The position numbers and the translations under genes are program-made. The notes below the pieces were generated by a model. The model was not told where the DNA came from, made no database searches, and saw only the letters and a program-made list of their open reading frames with translations. A stretch of 64,000 bases of DNA, taken from positions 14,074,001 to 14,138,000 of the forward strand of contig OX597827.1 in NCBI GenBank assembly GCA_951406725.2. The letters are read 5' to 3'. Source of the stretch: Octopus vulgaris (Eukaryota). Below, piece after piece: positions 61,430 to 64,000 of the stretch (the first letter of the stretch is position 1; each line of letters starts with the position of its first letter).

Positions 61430-62000
61430 AATGTAGGATAAAATTTTTTCGAAAAAAATTTTTATCAATGGCCAGCATATTAAAAAATACTTTTAAGGTT
61501 AAATTTATAAACAACTTATAAATAAGGGCAAACGAAAAAATTTCTAATGCCAAATATACCGAAATTAGACATATTGTCCATAACCATATAATTTTTCACA
61601 ATACACACGCTACTCGAAAAAGGTTGACAGAAATTTCTAAAAAATTCCATTATTACCATATCGGACCGATTTCAGGGTTAGTTCATAAGAACCCTCCCTT
61701 CATCAATGATAAATGTGGCAAAGAAATAAATGAGATACTTACTCATACCCATGGAAGAAGCAAACACAAAGTCATGAGCACAATTAAGTACCCCAAATAT
61801 ATCCAAAATAGAAATTCTCCAGCCCATTTGAGACACATGTGATTTGAACTGAAGCTCTCACAGAATGAGAGAGTCCGGAAATGAACACTATTAAATTTAT
61901 ATTTAATGTAGGATAAAAATTTTTCGAAAAAAAAAACTTTATCAATGGCCAACATATTAAAAAATACTTTTAAAGGTTAAATTTATAAACAATTTATAAA
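61430..62000 (-). mobile_element. Penelope-like terminus with partial tandem repeat and hammerhead-like core
   Basis: ~90-bp direct repeat at 61430-61520 / 61905-61998; minus strand atca-TTGATGA-AGGG...CCCT-GAAA-TCGGtCCGA-TA-tggt at 61655-61710. Confidence 0.65.
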
Positions 62001-62034
62001 AAATTTAATAGAGGTTTCTGTCAACACACATCCG

Positions 62035-62260
62035 TGTGTGTGTCGTCGTATTTGTCCCCCTCCACTGCTTTTACAACCGGTGTTGGTGTGTTTACTTCCC
62101 CGTAAGTCCACCAGTCCTTTGGCAACAGACGAATCGAATAAGTACCAGACAGAAAAAAAAACAAAAAACCAATAAGTGCAGGGGTTGATTTGTTAGACGA
62201 TAATCCTTCAAAGCGGTGCCCCAGCATGGCCACAGTTCAATGAATGAAAAAAGTAAAAGA
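62035..62260 (+). mobile_element. SINE family A, 3' half (diverged)
   Basis: Homology to family A. Confidence 0.7.
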
Positions 62261-62678
62261 TAACCGATAAGACACTATACTATTAACTGACCAACAAAGG
62301 GGTAATCAACCAAAGAAAGCCCCAAACCTCACTAGCTAAAAGCAATTCTACAATAACCCTTTATTTTTACCATAAGCAGACACAAGTTATTTCCCTTTAT
62401 ACCCTTTTTGCCATTATCGCATTTCTCTCTAGAATTTTCCAGGAATTTTACTAAGCTCCTGATGTGATTAAAGCAGGCACGTGCCGTGTGTAATTACTCA
62501 GGGTAGGCAGCGGGTGACGTTTTTGTAGTAAAGCACCAAAAAAAAAAGATAAGCGAAACACAGACGCGCGACTGAGCTGGAGGCAGATTTACTTCTGCCT
62601 TTATAACATGTAAAGAAAACGTTGCAGGAATGTACGCAATACGTGTACTGTAACGGTACTATGCGTAGGTTTAATACT

Positions 62679-63207
62679 TATTTCTTTATTACCCACAAGG
62701 GGCTAAACATAGAGGGGACAAACAAGGCCAGACATAGGTATTACGTCGATTACATCGACCTCAGTGCGTAACTGGTACTTATTTAATCGTAAGGTGGCGA
62801 GCTGGCAGAAACGTTAGCACGCCGGGCGAAATGTTTAGCGGTATTTCGTCTGCCGTTACGTTCTGAGTTCAAATTCCGCCGAGGTCGACTTTGCCTTTCA
62901 TCCTTTCGGGGGTCGATAAATTAAGTACCAGTTCCATACTGGGGTCGGTATAATAAACTTAATCCGTTTGTCTGTCCTTGTTTATCCCCTCTGTGTTTAG
63001 CCCCTTGTGGGTAGTAAAGAAATAGGTATTTCATCTGCGTTACGTTGTGATTTCAAATTCCGCCAAGGTCGACTTTGCCTTTCATCCTTTCGGGGTCAAT
63101 AAATTAAGTACCAGTTACGCAGTGGGGTCGATATAATCGACTCAATCCGTTTGTCCGTCCTTATTTGTCCCCTCTGTGTTTAGCCCCTTGTGGGTAGTAA
63201 AGAAATA
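62679..63207 (+). mobile_element. composite SINE B insertion (inverted 3' piece + B + tandem B) with 24-bp TSD
   Basis: ggtactatgcgtag(g/t)tttaatact at 62655-62678 and 63208-63231. Confidence 0.85.
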
Positions 63208-63241
63208 GGTACTATGCGTAGTTTTAATACTGGGTGTGTTT

Positions 63242-63671
63242 ACCTGTCTAACACCCATGAACATGTATACAAAGTCGGATAACAGCACAGCTCCCATGAC
63301 TTTCGGAAACATCTTTTATGCCATTAAATATGGTAACGTGTCTGCAATCAAAGATGACCCAAAAACAGAGATCATAGAATCAATTTCTTTATCAACAGAA
63401 TCAATTGTACTCAGACAAAGACAAAAATTCGTAATTGTCAAAGAACTTTGCCTAAAGCATTGCAGACATGGTTACCTTCAAGATAATTTCAGAAACATTT
63501 TTTCACGCTAAGAGTTGCTGAAGTATGGAACAGACTGCCGGCATCTAACACCCATGGACATATTTACAAAGTCAGAAAACAGCACAGCTCCCATGACTTC
63601 AGGAAACATTTTTTCACGCTGAGAGTTGCTGAAGCATGGAGCAAACTGCCGGCATCAGTTGTTAGTTGTCG
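63242..63671 (+). mobile_element. second copy of the rearranged CR1 + foreign insert chimera
   Basis: Near-identical to 45603-46075, with one fewer 111-bp unit. Confidence 0.88.
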
Positions 63672-63709
63672 ATGTAGATTTGTAAACTTTTGATAAAGAT
63701 TTGCATGCC

Positions 63710-64000
63710 TCTGTGCCGGTGGCATGTTAAACACACCATTCGAGTGTGATCGTCACCGCGTCGCCTTACAAGCACTTGTGATGGTGGCACATGAAACATT
63801 CGAGCGAGGACGTCGCCAGTGCCGCTGGACTGGCTCCTGTGCAGGTGGCATGTAAAAAGCACCATTTCGAGGTGGCTGTTAGCCAGTACCACCAAACTGG
63901 CCCTCGTGCCGGTGGCCCGTAAAAAGCACCCAGTACACTCTCGGAGTGGTTGGCGTTAGGAAGGGGCATCCAGCTGTAGAAACTCTGCCAGATCAAGATT
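63710..64000 (+). mobile_element. family C with VNTR (cut by window edge)
   Basis: gtgccggtggc units, then ggagtggttggcgttaggaagggg. Confidence 0.85.

Overview
AT-rich eukaryotic non-coding DNA. The repeat landscape (dense tRNA-derived SINEs, very abundant (TA)n/(CA)n/(TACA)n/(GAT)n microsatellites, and Penelope, RTE, CR1 and RLE LINE relics) suggests an octopus genome; this is inferred from recalled repeat families, not from a search. I found no host protein-coding exon I can support. Nearly all supplied ORFs are translated microsatellites or SINE bodies. The window contains at least five SINE-like families (working labels A-E), decayed LINE fragments (Penelope RT, RTE, CR1, R4/Dong-like, HERO-like), a TTAA-flanked MITE, Helentron-type non-autonomous elements and a ~2.88-kb tandem duplication. 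The strongest leads are RNA-structural: several distinct minimal hammerhead-ribozyme-like motifs in Penelope-like termini sitting in (TA)n tracts, an HDV-like ribozyme fold at the 5' end of a non-coding RTE derivative, and recurrent chimeric or multimeric retroelements. I cannot establish a new biological system from sequence alone. Coordinates were read by eye, and boundaries of decayed repeats are approximate.
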